Shown: positions 1-14,642 of the stretch, piece after piece
Layout of the letters: each line of letters begins with the position of its first letter
Numbering within the stretch: position 1 is the stretch's first letter
Source: Pristiophorus japonicus
Lineage: Eukaryota
Assembly: GCF_044704955.1 (NCBI RefSeq)
Contig: NW_027254880.1
Coordinates: 62,001 to 126,000 of the forward strand
Direction: 5' to 3'
Length of the DNA: 64,000 bases
Translations under genes and position numbers: made by a program
The notes under the pieces: model-generated
The model's database searches: none
What the model saw: the letters and a program-made list of their open reading frames with translations, nothing else
Told to the model about the DNA's origin: nothing

Positions 1-260
1 CCATAAGTGGAGGAAGTGCATCTGGGAGGGCGCTGAGCTCCTCGAGTATCGTCGCCGAGAGCATGCAGAAATCAAGCGCAGGCAGCGGAGGGAGCGTGCG
101 GCAAACCAGGCCCCCTGCCCACCCTTTCCTTCAACGACTATCTGTCCCACCTGTGACAGAAAATGTGGTTCTCGTATTGGACTGTACAGCCACCTAAGAA
201 CATATGCTAAGAGTGGAAGCAAGTCTTCCTCGATCCCGATGGACTGCCGATGATGATGAT
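1..260 (+). mobile_element. RTE-clade LINE 3' end
   Basis: Encodes ...ICPTCDRKCGSRIGLYSHLRT (C-terminal CCHH-like motif), then GTGGAAGCAAGTC..CCTCG and a (TGA)n tail. Confidence 0.8.
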
Positions 261-457
261 TATCCCTCACCAACATCTAAAACAGATGATCTGCTCATTA
301 TCACATTGCTGTTTGTGGGACCTTACTGTGGTTAAATTGGCTGCATGGATTCCTACTTTATAAGTGACTACACTTCAAAAGTGCTTTATTACCTGTGAAG
401 TGCTTTGGAACATTGTGACGTTGTGAAAGGCACTATATAAATACAATTCCTTCTTTT
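261..457 (+). mobile_element. 3' part of a Deu-domain SINE, directly following the RTE tail
   Basis: Matches 44745-44940 of the intact SINE copy. Confidence 0.65.
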
Positions 458-3307
458 AGCTATACATCCTATGCTGAATAGTTTTATACAGGCCCAGTTT
501 TGTTATTAATCTCTCGTTAGTGAGTTTGAAGATTGAAGTTCTTCACCTCAGGGGAGGGGTTACTCAATGTACCAGGGAATAGTTTAAACAATTCAAATGT
601 GTGGGTAACCGAAAAAGAATGATTGCAAATAGAAATATTTATTGGATTAGCCAAACATTATTGAAATCCAAACTGCTTAGCTGTGGAAACAAATATGGCC
701 TACGGTTCTTCCTTATGACACTTGTTAAGTTCTGTGCAAACTCAACTCCTGCTTATTCTATTAGCAGTTCAGAGTTAGAACATTTCACATACATACAGAC
801 AGGTACTCAGACAGGTTTCTTTTTAAATTTCCAAGCTTTTAAAAAAAACATTTTAAACATTTAAAGTTAGACTGAATATCGAGGATTTATTTCCATTCTA
901 ATGTTGCAGACAGCCTCAGGGCAACATTAACTTAGAAGGAAAAGATAAGTCTGAAACATTACTTTAAATTATGAGACAGTCAAGTGCCACATGTTCAAAA
1001 TTGTAAAATGTAAGTTTAGAATGGATAATCAGGATGCTTTTTTTAAAAAAAAGTGACCACCGCATGCAATGGACTTCGAGTAGTGGAAGCAAAAACCCTG
1101 GAACAATTTAAGAAACATTTGGATGCTGCAATTAGGGGGACTGGATCTTGCTGAATGATTGAAAATGGCCTTCCTCATTCATAATTATCTTGAGGTTCTC
1201 CTTACTTGCCTGTCTTTTAAATGATTACTATGCTGCTGTGATTTCTGCTAGAATGCCTACCAAACTGTATCTAGTATTACACATTTCACTTGGTGTCAAA
1301 CATAATATGACTGCACAAAAATATGGATATACATTCTAACCTATGATGGGTGCTCAATTGGAATAAAGTTCTGCCAAGTAATACCAGTTTCCCTCTTAAA
1401 TCACTACAATCCAAGAAGAAAGTTGCTGTACAAGATGGAGTTCAGGCATCCAATTTGTATCATTATGGTTGTACGAGCTCCACCCAACATTTACAGGAAA
1501 TGATAGGATCGCTATCAAAACATCAAGAAACAAGCAATTATCAACAGAAATCTGTATTTTGGGTATACTAGAGTCTGAGGCAGTCTTTCCTCTAAAGTAT
1601 GCATACAAATTCTGCAAAATGGTCATCAGTTGTTCTCAGGCAATCGGCCTTCCAAGTACGTGAACTCAAATGTTTCTGTGATGCACGTTATATGAATAAC
1701 TTGTACACTCAAACTTTCAATCTAGAGGGTGATTCCTAATATTAGTGAAAGAAAAAAAATCTCAAATGAAAATTACAAATGGAAGATTTCCTACAGCAAA
1801 TCACAGAACCAAATGAGAGCAGAGTGACAGATAGCCTTTAAACCATACGCGGCTCCAAAATGCCATACTGCAATACCAAATTAAGCTTTAAATAGTCATA
1901 TCAACATTTATTTGACTTTTTGTCTTCAAGACTATTTAGTTCAATTGCTGGTATTTTGCTGGTACTATCTTAGACATTCAGATTTTTTTTATAATTGCCC
2001 CACAAAACAAGTCACTTCATGGATAAATGAACTTCAGGAGCGAGTACATGTAGATTTAAAGAAAAAGAGAGATGAGTTTAATTTTTTTATTCCAATCTAT
2101 TAATTTAAAAATTTGTCAGTGCAATAACCATTAGGAAGCTTAGATTGGTAATTAAAGAGTGGAGGAAAGCAGAGTTTATTCAGTATATTTTTGTCTCTAC
2201 TATCTTCACAGTACTAAAATTTGTTTTGATGATTATAAAGGTTGACTAACTCGCTTGACCATGTACAGAACGAAACAAAAGGCTGTACTTGTGTTTATAA
2301 TATTTTAAGAAAAGTTAAGTTTTTTACTGGTACCCAAGCTGCAGTAACACGGTCCTTTTTGCACCACTTTTCTTATTTGGTTGCGCTGATCAAATTTTTT
2401 GAAAACGGGTGTTATTGCATATTAGTGGGTAAATCCTAAATCAGAACACCAAGATCCATTAGTATCATCAACTTGAGATGTATGCCAACTAATGGAAATG
2501 TGGGGTCAAACCTTAAATAATCCACGAAGACAAAAGCTTGGGCATCCCTGGGTCTGAGGTATTTTGTTGCTACAGTATTAAGTTCAGTAACTTAACTGTA
2601 CTTCAAGGAAACTGCCACTACTTTTTACAAAACTAGTTTGACAAGGTTTCAGATAGAACTCACTTCAAATGGTTATTTTTTACCCAACCAAACAGACGGA
2701 TGAGAAAACATAGGAAAGCTGGTGTAGTGCAACTATTTTAATCGTAAATTTAAAAAACCTGTGCAAGACACATGAAGGACCACTATTATGGTCCTGGTTT
2801 CCAAATGGAATAAAAAGAGATTTGCATTTCTACAGCAGTTCATTACATTTCTCAAAATGTCTCAAAGCGCTTCAAACACAATAAATCACTTTGAAATGCA
2901 CTCTCTTATGCAGGCAAACAGCAATCATTTTGCAGAGAACAAAATCCTCAAATAGCAATAGTTTTTTTGGTGTTATTGCTCTAAAAAGGAATATTCACCT
3001 GGAGAAATGTAATTTACAGTAAGTTCAAGTGACAAAAAATGATGTATGAAACAAAATAGGCCATGCTAATGCCATAGCTCAAGAGTTGGCAGATCAAACC
3101 TCAATCTCTGTTCTGGTGTTGTGCCTGAGAATATACAGGGCAGCAAGTCTACTCAATCCACCCTTGTGGATTTGCAATACTGACTACACAAGTCTCATTG
3201 TATCCCTAACAGAAGTTTCATTTTAAAGCAACTGAATTTGCAACCATTTGGGTCATACGTAGCACTACAGTCACTCTGAAATGGTGAAAAGCAGCTTTAA
3301 ATTACAT

Positions 3308-4138
3308 GGGCCCAAAATTCAACAACTTACCGCCCACTAATGCCCAGAAATACAAGTTATGTCCAAAAAAAAAACACATTTGCCTGGCGGTAAATTCATC
3401 AGTCATTACCCTCGGGCAGTATTCGATACTTTCCGCCCAAAATGGAAGTTTTATCATTAAGACATGTTTATCACTGGACCTTAATACAGTCTTGAAAAAG
3501 CAGGCAATATGGACACAGAGCTGACAGGCATAATTGTTTCACAGATGTGTGGCATGTTTGATAGTACACAGATCTTTATAGTTCTCCAGTTTGATGTATT
3601 TTTAAATGGATTGGATTTCTAGCATTTTCTAGTGTTAGCCAATAATGCAGTTTGAGAACAGAGTCTGGAAATAGTGTGCGTATTCACTCGAGTGATCTTA
3701 TTTTATAAATGGTCTAATAAAGCCTTATATACTCCTTTATTAATGAACTATAATTTTAAAAATATTAAGTCTCTCTCACCACCCCACCCCACCCAGCCCC
3801 CAGCGATCTCTCTCTTTCTCCCCACCTCCGTCCCCAATAGTGATCTCTCTCTCTCACCTCCCCACTCCACCCCATCTCAGGTCAGCCATCTCTGGCCTCG
3901 TCGGTGCTTCTCCGGGGAGTGCGGAGCTTGACAGCCATGCACGTGTGCGCACAACTCGGGAGCCTATGATTCCTGAGTTGGAAGGCCTCCTCCGCCCGCT
4001 GCATTCCGCTTCCACCGAGAAAAGCGGGATGAATCTCCTGCCCACTCGGCCCCAGCGGCACAGGACAGTAAAAACGCAAGCACTGCCCAGGTACCATCGA
4101 AAAATGGGCAGAACTTAGCTTTCATCAATTTCGGCCCC
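3308..4138. mobile_element. Non-autonomous PIF/Harbinger-type element (MITE)
   Basis: TIRs GGGCCCAAAATT / AATTTCGGCCCC with a perfect 3-bp TSD CAT (3305-3307, 4139-4141). Confidence 0.75.
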
Positions 4139-4555
4139 CATATATTTTGATCAACTTCAGTTTCCTTTAGACAAGGTTAGACGAAGCAACATTTACGATA
4201 GTAGGCAATTATAGAGATTTGAGAGCCTGGAAAGTAACTATACAAAACTAATGGGTAGACTTTAATGTTAAAAATAATTATGCTACCCAGTGACCTTTTA
4301 GTGATAAACCTTTCTATTTAGGCTCATAATAGCAGCCTGGAATGAACTAGTTCCAAAGACTAGCTGATCATTTTCCCCCAAAAAAATGTTTCAAGTCAAT
4401 TCTTCTCAACTCTTTTATCCAATATATACATCATATAATATGGCCAAAATAAAAAACGAGGGCTGGGACATAGGGATCCGAGCCATCATTTATTTAGTTC
4501 CTACTGGTCTTGTATCAGCTACTAAGCAAAATAAAAAATATATTCCAGCTGCAAT

Positions 4556-4686
4556 CTAGGGATATGGGGATAATGCAGAAAAGTGGAATGGAGGTAGATC
4601 AGCTATGATCTTATTGAATGGCAGAGCAAGCTCGAGGAGCCAAATGGCCTACTTCTGCTCCCATTTCTTATGTTCTTATGTTCTTA
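4556..4686 (+). mobile_element. CR1 LINE 3' tail fragment
   Basis: CR1 3' UTR motif ...AATGGCCTACTTCTGCTCC and a (TTCTTATG)n tail. Confidence 0.65.
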
Positions 4687-4785
4687 TTTATCAACATGAC
4701 TAAGTCCAGCCATTTGCAAAACAAAAGGTTAATGTAATTTCTATAGAATCCAGATGCCACAAGTTTTGGCAATCTTAAGTATCCT

Positions 4786-5352
4786 CATCATCATTAAAGG
4801 CAGTCCCTCAGGATCGAGGAGGACTTGCTTCCACTCCTGAAGTGAGTTCTTTGGTGGCTAAACAGTCCAATGCTAGAGCCACAGACTTTGTCATAGGTGG
4901 AATAGATAGTCGTTGAGGGAAGGGTGGGTGGGACTGGTTTGCCGCACGCTCTTTCCGCTGCCTGCGCTTGATTTCTGCATGCTCTTGGCGTTGAGACTCA
5001 AGATGCTCAGCGCCCTACCGGATGCACTTCCTCCACTTAGGGCGGTCTTTGGCCAGGGACTCCCAGGTGTCAGTGGGGATGTCGCACTTTATCAGGGAGG
5101 CTTTGAGGGTGTCCTTGTAATGTTTCCGCTGCCCATCTTTGGCTCGTTTGCCGTGAAGGAGCTTCTGCTTTGGGAGTCTCATGTCTGGCATGCGAACTAT
5201 GTGGCCTGCCCAGCGGAGCTGATCGAGTGTGGTCAGTGCTTCAATGCTGGGGATGTTGGCCTGGTCGAGGACGCTAATGTTGGTGCATCTGTCCTCCCAG
5301 GGAATTTGTAGGATCTTAGAGACATCGTTGGTTATATTTTTCCAGCGACTTG
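4786..5352 (-). mobile_element. RTE LINE 3' fragment
   Basis: Reverse complement of the RTE 3' end seen at 1-260 and 50260-50787, with a (CAT)n tail at the left end. Confidence 0.8.
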
Positions 5353-8070
5353 GTATCTGCTGTACACAAGTATCCTACAAGGCAAGTTAAAGCCCATACC
5401 ACCATGGGATGCAGTGCAGTACTGATTATCATTATAAAACAGATGGAAACCTAAAACCTTTGCTTTGCCCATTATTTCCACACATATTGAAATATTGAAA
5501 TAATACTTTTTACATAAATGCAGAAGTAGAATAGCTCAATTGAAACAGCAATAGTTTTGGTCAAAAAAACATGTGTCCACTCTAAATAAATCAATGTTTT
5601 ATGTTTCAGCAGGTTTGCTGGGTTTAGGAAAGGCTTCTTAAATATAAAGGAGGGCAAAATTAGTGCAGTGACCAAAATATAACAAGAAAGCTGATGTAAT
5701 ATTACCTGTAGTATGGAACTTGTAATCAGCTTAACAACTTGTGCCATGAAATCAGTTAATTGGTCAGCTATTGACTTATTTGAGGAAAGTTTAAAATTTC
5801 AATAACAATTGTTACAATATCCGAGCCAAATAGTTTTTATGTAACTGATCTACTGAAATAAACCAAGCAGCAGAGTATAGAATGCAATGTGCACAGTTCT
5901 GTGGTTTTTATTAAACAGACCAAACCAAAACTTTTCTAAATCAGACTTCTACTTGCTGCAAAAAACAAACCGAGCTACAGATTTAGAGTGTGTTCACACT
6001 CCAAGCTCAGCGCCAGTGAAAAACTGTTTGGAGTGTAAAATGCTATCATCGCCCCTCTTCACTCCTGTGTCAGGTTAGGCCCTAAATCTGGATTCAGACT
6101 ACATTTATGCAATAACTGCAGTGGTGGAAGGAGCAGAGACCACTTTGCGCATGCATTATAGTTAGTATGAATGTACCATTAATTATGTTATATTAAAGCC
6201 TATTTAGGATTTCTTTGAGCTGGTTGGTACAGAATAAAGCTGCATTAAAATGATTTTGTTCTTAATTCAGTACTTCTATGGGACAAAAATCCACTGCACT
6301 GAATCCTTATCTTTTCACTATGGATAAATACTGTAAATTTTAAAAAATCATCAAATTTTGCTATTTTCGTTCCTTTAAAATGGGTGAAAATTTACATTTA
6401 ATACATTAGAGCAAAATTACACTTGTACACCAGTGGTGTCAAGCTTCTGTCACACCAAATACTTTTTGCTGCCAATATATTCTGGTTCACAGTAACTTTT
6501 TCTTTAGCAAAGAAATCAAATTGATCAATTTTATTCACACAACTCAATACACAAGCCTGTAACTAGGAAAGCTTCATTCCCAAGTGAACTAAAAACATAA
6601 GGATGGAAGAAGAGTGACTACTAGAGTTGTTCACACCAGATCAAAAATTACCAGTCAATTTAAATAAAGAACCCTTCTGTATGTAATGGGAGAATTAACC
6701 CTTTCAGTATTCTAATTAGACTTCGACATAATCAGCTGCAGCTACCACCATAAAGGTTATGTTGCCATGTAGCTTAGACAATAAGGTATTATTTACAAGC
6801 AGTAATAAACCACTTCCTTGTTTCAGTTCTCCCTACTCAAATTCCTTTAACATACAGCTACATTTAATTTGATTTATCCTTCTAACCTTCACAACGACAA
6901 CATTTTGTACAAATTAAATACATTCTACAAAAGGTAAATTCAACTAATTTAAACATTTTGGCTGTGAATTTTTTCCTCATCTTCCATAAACTCCAACTTT
7001 TTTAAATTCTGTAATTCATATCCTATCCCACTCGTCATCAATCTTGACCTCGCAGCCTTACAATGGTTCTCTAGCTTAATCATTTTAATTAAAAATCCTC
7101 ATCTACAAATCCCTCATGGCTGTAGCCCACCCCATCTCTGTCGGATGGCCCAAGTCTTGCATCTCCTCCCACGCCCTTCAATCCTCTCTAGCATTTAGTG
7201 CAACTATTAGCGAGAACAATAGCCGCATCAGCCCAATCTAACTCATTGCTTAAACCTCTCCACTTTTTAAAATAAAATTTTTTCAGCCAAGCTTTCAGTC
7301 ATCTCCATTAACCCTTACATAACTGGTCAACAACTGATCCTTTAAACTATCCCCCCACCCCCTTTACCCAACCCCATGTAGAGTGCTTTGTGGCATTTTT
7401 ACACTAAAGGCATATGCATGCAAGTTGTTGCTGTAATCTTAATAAAATATATCACCACTTGAAAACATCATAAATTACTATTTCTACACAAGCATGGAAC
7501 AGGCCAGATTTAAAGATCCCTCTGCTCTACACCAACATGCCTTAAGCTTTATTTTAGAAACATACACGCAAATAAACCAGTTTTTCAACATCCCACATTA
7601 GCCATTCTTATGGCCTATGAATGAGGCCGTCACAGTTTGTGCCAAATTACATGCATTTGTATTTGAGTCAGTAAATTAGATGGAGACTGCCAAAACTCAG
7701 TTCACGTATCACCCTTACAGACCAAAGGGAGAAAACTTGTGTGTCTGATCTGAAAAAGCCCTCCCAATGAGGCATGTGATCTTGTAACAAAATTATTTGC
7801 AATCAGCATTGTGCTGAAGTTAATAACTGCATAAAACAAAACTTACATTTGATTTCTTAAACAGGAACACACTGCGGTAAGCTCTCAAACATTTTTCAAT
7901 TGTTCTTGGGATAGTGCTCAACTTCTTTTTGCATTGGACTACCACATGAGCCTAGTTACGATGTTATTTAACTTAGATTCATTTTTGCTATTCGATGACC
8001 ACAAACCTATTAGATCATTGTAAAACATGATCAGACCCAATAGCAAATCCTTCGTGTTGGCCTCGTCTCC

Positions 8071-8282
8071 GGTAGCACGCTAGTCTTCGAGTCAGAAGAT
8101 TATGGTTTCAAGCCCCATTCCAGACATCTGAATACATAATCTAGGCTGACCTTTCAGTGAGGGAGTGTTGCACGGTCAAGGGTACCGTCTTTCAGATGAG
8201 GTCATAAACCAAGGCCTCACATACCCTCATAAATGTTCCAATGCTAATTTTCAAAGATCAGCAGGGGAGGTCACCAGGTATC
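8071..8282 (+). mobile_element. Degenerate tRNA-derived Deu-domain SINE
   Basis: A/B-box-like head (GGTAGCAC...GTTTCAAGCCC) and CCGTCTTTCAGATGAG core; similar to 44482-44950. Confidence 0.6.
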
Positions 8283-10889
8283 TATTTCTGGTTACAAGTT
8301 TTTCTTAAAAATTAATGCCTTTTTCTCTTCCCCAGCCATATACAATCAGATTTTTTACATCATTAGTAAAAAATAAAATGAGGAGCTTTATATCCCTTTA
8401 AAAAGCTCAGTCACATCTGAACTGCTTATCCAATTGCTTCATATACAAGCTATTTAAGTAAATTGGAAACTACATCACATTGCCAAAATGTTGGATTAAG
8501 TTATGCTTTGTAGTATTAAAATTGTGCTTTATGTATCAACAGGCTTAATAAATGTGATTAAAACCCAAGAACATCTAATGTCAGTATGACAGCAAGAGAT
8601 TGCCATAAATAGTTTGTCACTACAGATTGTAAATCTAGAAAATTAACTTTAGATTTTCGGTTCCTTGTCACGCTAATCAGACTAGTCCCATGCTTTGAAA
8701 AGATTATTTACTATATTAGCATACCACAATATCCATTTTATATACATATTGGGCTTAGAGCAATGCAATTATATTTGCAGAATTAATTAATCCTTTACAG
8801 CTTATTTCAAGAAGCCAGATTTAGACAAACACTTCACATACCATTGAGCCTTTGAAAATACAGTAACATACACAATCACATTACTGTGCTCCAGTAACAT
8901 TTGCAGAATAGGTAAACTGGCCTCCAAAAATAATACTTCTATTAAGCCTACTCAAATCAACTGTGGTCTTTTTGGTTTGCATCAACCATCATGGGAAGAT
9001 ACTGCTAGTTTACTTTGAAGGGGGTAAAGCACGGAAAAGTTTTGTACTTTCGGACGTCGCTTTGCTATCTAATCAATACCCATCTTCACTCAACCAATCC
9101 GAGCCGCTCTTCTGATGAAGCAGCATGATTTACATTGTATGTTATGCAAATTCCCACCTTTTCGAGGAGCACGAGATACAATTCATCAACTTCCTTCATT
9201 TCATGCACTTTTAGAGCACACAACCATCACTCTTCTTTTAATCTTGATCAATTCCATGCCCTGCAAATGAGCAATGAAAAGCTTGGATATTGCATTTAAT
9301 AAATCCAAGCAGCTCAGTTGCCCTTTAGTGCTAAATATTTTGGCCCCATTTCCCCCCGCCACCCCCCCAAAACAACTCACCTCTTCATAAAAGCTTAAAT
9401 CTGTCCAAAACTTGAATACCGGTCCCTAAAACAAAAAGATTCATCTTACACTTGTATGCCTTTGGACAGGATGCAAGAAAAAAAGCTGGATATTTTATAG
9501 GTGATCTTTCGCTTACGTATCCGCCTCTAATGTATTCTGCTCATTCCTACAATAGTCATTATTACTAAAGTTCCTTCCCTCGTTCCTCCCAAACTTTAAA
9601 ACCACTGTCTCACATGGTCTCTTCACCTTCACCATGCTAAATTCAAAAGATTTGTCTGTCTAACTTATTCTTTCAACACCTCAAAAATTGTGGAACTCTT
9701 TATCTCTCTTCTATAATCTATAAACCTAGCTTGGTGTTACATAATCACCATTTCCTGTTTGGAAGTGCACAGAATGACCTTGCATTTATATAGCATTATA
9801 TCATGCCTGATAGCGTTTCACAACCAGAAAATTGATCCTGATGTTCAGTCAAACTGGCAGCCATTTTTTTTTTGCAAAGCATGATGCCAAAGGCAGCCCA
9901 TTGACAAATGAACAATTCATTTTTTTTAGCTGGGCTGGCTGAGGGGCAATGTTGGCCAAGACACCAAGGAAACTCTTCAAATATTGGGTAATCTCAATTT
10001 GAAAACAAAATCCTAATTAGTAAGTTTACCAGATACCTCCTGTATATGGTTTAGATGATGAAAGTTACTGAGTGATAACAAAATTGCTGATCCGCACAAT
10101 GCACCATACCAATAATTTACCCCAAACTGACTTTCAAATAATTGAAGAAACTATCTTCAAATCAGAAAGATGAGCAAACTATCAAGAGGTAAAGGCTTCC
10201 ACCAAGAATTAATAGAAATGCCACTGACAAGAAAAGTAGGATTTACAACATTTTATTTCACATACAAAGCCTTTCTAACAAGAGGAGAATGTGGTATGTG
10301 GCATCATCAACCATCTGCAGTAAGGTAAAACAAGTTAAACTTGATTCTGGTATATCAAGTTATTTTATATCTCAGACGGTAGAAACATCCATGCTGTCAA
10401 TAGTCTGTCAAGACCATCATTTTCAACATGGAATGCTTAAGTGCACAGTTTACAAAGCATTCGCAGGACAGCAAACATAATAGGCTCACTATCATATCAT
10501 TTTGGGTGACCTCCAGGGCAAATGGACCATTATAACTAGAAACTTTTCAAATACCCTATGGAAGAGTAAGAGTGCAATACATGTTTTTAAAATATTTCAA
10601 ATAAAATATACAGCTTCTGCAAAAAGGAAAAATGACACACAAAAAACACTTATAATGGCCTTCCAACTGAGCCAGATAGCGTGTAGACACAGTAAAATGA
10701 TTGCATGCCCCGCTTCAGCTCTTCCAAAGCCTGAAGACCAACATAAACAAAATTGCATTTTTATTAAACTAAAATCAACATTTTGCTTAATGTCCCTTTC
10801 TAACAAACCTGTAATAAACAGTTTTACTATAATATTTTGTTACCCACACTACAATTAAACTATATATTACCAGTTATACTATATTTTTT

Positions 10890-11122
10890 TTATTCGTTCC
10901 AGTGTGTGGGCGTCCCCGGCAAGCCCAGCATTTATTGCCCATCCCTAATTGCCCTCAAGGTGGTGGCGAGCCGCCTACTTGAACCGCTGCAGTTCTTGTG
11001 GTGAAGATACTCTGACAGTGATGTTAGGGAGTTTCAGGATTTTGATCCAGTGATGAAGGAACGGCGACACATTTCCAAGTCAAAATGGTGTGCAACTTGC
11101 AGGTGATGGTGCTCCCATGCGC
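10890..11122 (-). mobile_element. Old CR1-type LINE 3' fragment (different subfamily)
   Basis: CCAGCATTTATTGCCCATCCCTAATTGCCCT motif recognised from memory as a shark CR1-like 3' end. Confidence 0.45.
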
Positions 11123-12618
11123 CTTAATTAGTTAATTAAAACACATCAAATCATAAGCATCTATTCTTAAGCAATTCTTTACTATTGCAATTTTATAATC
11201 TTTCATTGGAATGCTCGAGGTTCCAGACTCCAAATAGATGTGGCAATCTCAAATGAGAAGCAACAAAAAGTATCCGATGAGCAACGGTGATGTGTCCCAG
11301 TACGTTTAACTTATGAAAAACTTTTGATTGAGAAATCACTTTTCATGTTTTTTTACACATAACTGCAAGATCCAAGTATCTGAAAGCACTACAGCTAAAA
11401 TTTAAACAGAAAGCCAGACTTCTGGCAAAGGTGATGTAATTTAATCCTAGCATTTTAGTTGTAAACAGATGCTTCATTTAGTTGTGATGCAGTCAATTCA
11501 CAGCAGTTTGACATGTCTAACAGCTTGCATCAGCTGATGAGGGGATGGAAGTGTGGGAGAGAGGAAGAGTGGCACCTTTTTCTGTTTTTTTTTTTAAAAA
11601 GCCTAGTTTCCTCAAAGCAAAAGTTCAATATCTCTTGCCTTTTAAAGGGACTAAAACTGACCAGTCATCAGCACTGGGAAATTCAACTTCTAATGCATGC
11701 AGCCAAGTTAACCTCACTTCAGCACCACCCATTGGTACCTCACAGTGTGCACTTTTTATATTTTTCACATCATCTGATCTGGTTCTAAAATTTAAGTACC
11801 AATTTGGTTTCACATAGAACCCTGAAAAGCAAGGAGATAGGACTTGCTTGTAGTTTGCACTTAAATTAAAATTTCACCGAGATGGAAAGGACTGCACATT
11901 AATCAAACACATTTAATTCTCTTTCCAAACAAATTTCTCATTTACCAGAAACTATTGGGCAAGTTAGAAGATCCAGGGTATCCAATGTAGCAGAAACAAA
12001 AGTAGATGTCATAGAAAATATCCAAGTCATGAATCCAATTCAATATGTGATTTGTTAGACACAAAGGAACAAATCAATTGTACAGAAAATATTTTGTATT
12101 CATCCATTCTTATGGGTTTTAGCATTTTAGAATCTAATAGTTCTTAGCTGGATTCTGTCTCACATGCTCAAGCAAAGTGCTGGCACAGATACAATGGGAC
12201 GAATTGCACCTTTCTATGCTGTAAACTTCTTTGGTTCGAATAGCAAAACTATAATGCTAAGACCCTCACCAGAATCTTCCTGCATCTGCAGACAAAGACT
12301 TCACAGAGCAATAAAAAACATTTACAAAGTAGCTGTATCAAAAAAAAACTCTCCAAGTCACTACCAAGCACACTTTCTAACACCTTTAGCCTTTCATCCG
12401 CTCTGATATCCCTGCAGCTACTAATTTCCAAACCACTCCCTTGCATCTATTTTTGATGCCAATGACCCAGTAAAGCCTTTACAGTCTCCCATACTTGATG
12501 CTCCCTCGGTACGGCCCCCATTTTCACTCAAGTCCAAATGGCGCAAACAAGAATACCTTGTTCACAACTGGCTTGGAGTTCCACTGGCAGCTGCAGCTTG
12601 ACTACATGAATTACTATT

Positions 12619-13479
12619 AACATAGAAACATAGAAAATAGGTGCAGGAGTAGGCCATTCGGCCCTTCTAGCCTGCACCGCCATTCAATGAGTTCATGGCT
12701 GAACATTCAACTTCAGTACCCCATTCCTGCTTTCTCGCCATACCCCTTGATCCCCCTAGCAGTAAGGACCTCATCTAACTCCTTTTTGAATATATTTAGT
12801 GAATTGGCCTCAACAACTTTCTGTGGTAGAGAATTCCACAGGTTCACCACTCTCTGGGTGAAGAAGTTCCTCCGCATCTCGGTCCTAAATGGCTTACCCC
12901 TTATCCTGAGACTGTGACCCCTGGTTCTGGACTTCCCCAACATTGGGAACATTCTTCCTGCATCTAACCTGTCTAACCCCGTCAGAATTTTATATGTTTC
13001 TATGAGGTCCCCTCTCATTCTTCTGAACTCCAGTGAATACAAGCCCAGTTGATCCAGTCTTTCTTGATAGGTCAGTCCCGCCATCCCGGGAATCAGTCTG
13101 GTGAACCTTCGCTGCACTCCCTCAATAGCAAGAATGTCCTTCCTCAGGTTAGGAGACCAAAACTGTACACAATACTCCAGGTGTGGCCTCACCAATGCCC
13201 TGTACAACTGTAGCAACACCTCCCTGCCCCTGTACTCAAATCCCCTTGCTATGAAGGCCAACATGCCATTTGCTTTCTTAACCGCCTGCTGCACCTGCAT
13301 GCCAACCTTCAATGACTGATGTACCATGACACCCAGGTCTCTTTGCACCTCCCCTTTTCCTAATCTGTCACCATTCAGATAATAGTCTGTCTCTCTGTTT
13401 TTACCACCAAAGTGGATAACCTCACATTTATCCACATTATACTTCATCTGCCATGCATTTGCCCACTCACCTAACCTAT
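12619..13479 (-). mobile_element. Young 5'-truncated CR1 LINE (ORF2 C-terminus intact)
   Basis: ORF LGEWANAWQMKYNVDKC...[15 protein letters not shown]...NLWNSLP, followed by the 3' UTR and a (CATAGAAA)n tail. Near-identical to 55870-56737. Confidence 0.92.
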
Positions 13480-13489
13480 TGAGCCCCTC

Positions 13490-13940
13490 TCGGCTGAAGC
13501 TGACCCCACTACAGGTGGAGAGCAAAGAGAATTCCAGGGTCTTTTTGTCTGCTACCAACCAACTCCTTAAATGCCTTTCTCCTGACTCCACCACCCTCAT
13601 CTCTAAGTGAGGAAATGGATTTCTTCAAGATTGGGACCATACCGCTGACTCTGCCGTTTCCCCATAGCCAACTTCCACCACTCCGCACCCCCACCACCCC
13701 CCCGCCCCTCAATTAGAAGCTGTACCTTCAGCTGCCAGAGTCCCACTACAGAAATTCTCCCTCAATCCCTCTTCATCTTCATCTTTCCTTTAAGGGTTTT
13801 CCTTAAAACTGAACTCTTTGACCAAGCTTTTGATCACTCTTCCTAATCTCTCCTCATTTTGCTTTACCTCACACCTCTATCTAGTACCTTGAGTTTATTT
13901 TCTACATTAAAGATAATACATAAATACAAGTTGTTGCTGT
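13490..13940 (+). mobile_element. Old L2-like LINE remnant
   Basis: Ends ...TTTGACCAAGCTTTT...ATAAATACAAGTTGTTG, the same terminal motif as 7260-7430 and (reversed) 39732-39870. Confidence 0.45.
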
Positions 13941-14642
13941 ATGCACACACCTTTCAAAGCAGTTACTTACTGTAAATTCTTACCTTGTTAAGTTTTGTTC
14001 TCGGTCTATTTTATTCACATTTACTGTTCTTTTGTTACTCCCGAACATAAACCTGCTAGCAGCTATAAAACATACTTTCCAACTCACACATGGGGACACT
14101 CCTTCATGGGGAGGGATATACCAGAAAATGTTCCACACATTAGAGGCTAAACAATCTAATAGTCTTAAAATTAAAACGGTTACTGCATCGAATTGTTAAA
14201 TGTTCTATACTTATGATTGGACCACAGCAGTCACAAGAAAAGCTGGGGCATCCAGTCAGTAACAGTGCAGTTACATGGCCACATTCACTCTGCTTTGCAG
14301 CGATGCAAGTGAGCATAATATGGGAACTGGGTTCAAAATGTCTCTGTTAAAAATGCCATGGAGCCGCATGGAGAAGGTACTCTCACGTCTCTCAAGTTTA
14401 ACACTGCGTGGAGTATAACGTGAAGTGGGTTTAAAAAATGATTTTAAACCAAGGGCACTTTCAATATATTTAACAATTGGGGCAGAGATCCGAATATGCA
14501 CTTCTTTACACATACACAGCATTCACTCCCAGTAAACAATCAAGAAGATTTGAATTCTAGATTTCATGAGAAACACAGAATATCAAGAATTAATCACTTT
14601 GTACAAATTTAGAGCTACCATATTATAAATTGCAGACTCTAT

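Noticed and set aside
601-12450. Numerous 60-130 aa ORFs in AT-rich sequence
   Set aside because: No motifs, often non-ATG starts; expected by chance or antisense to repeats.
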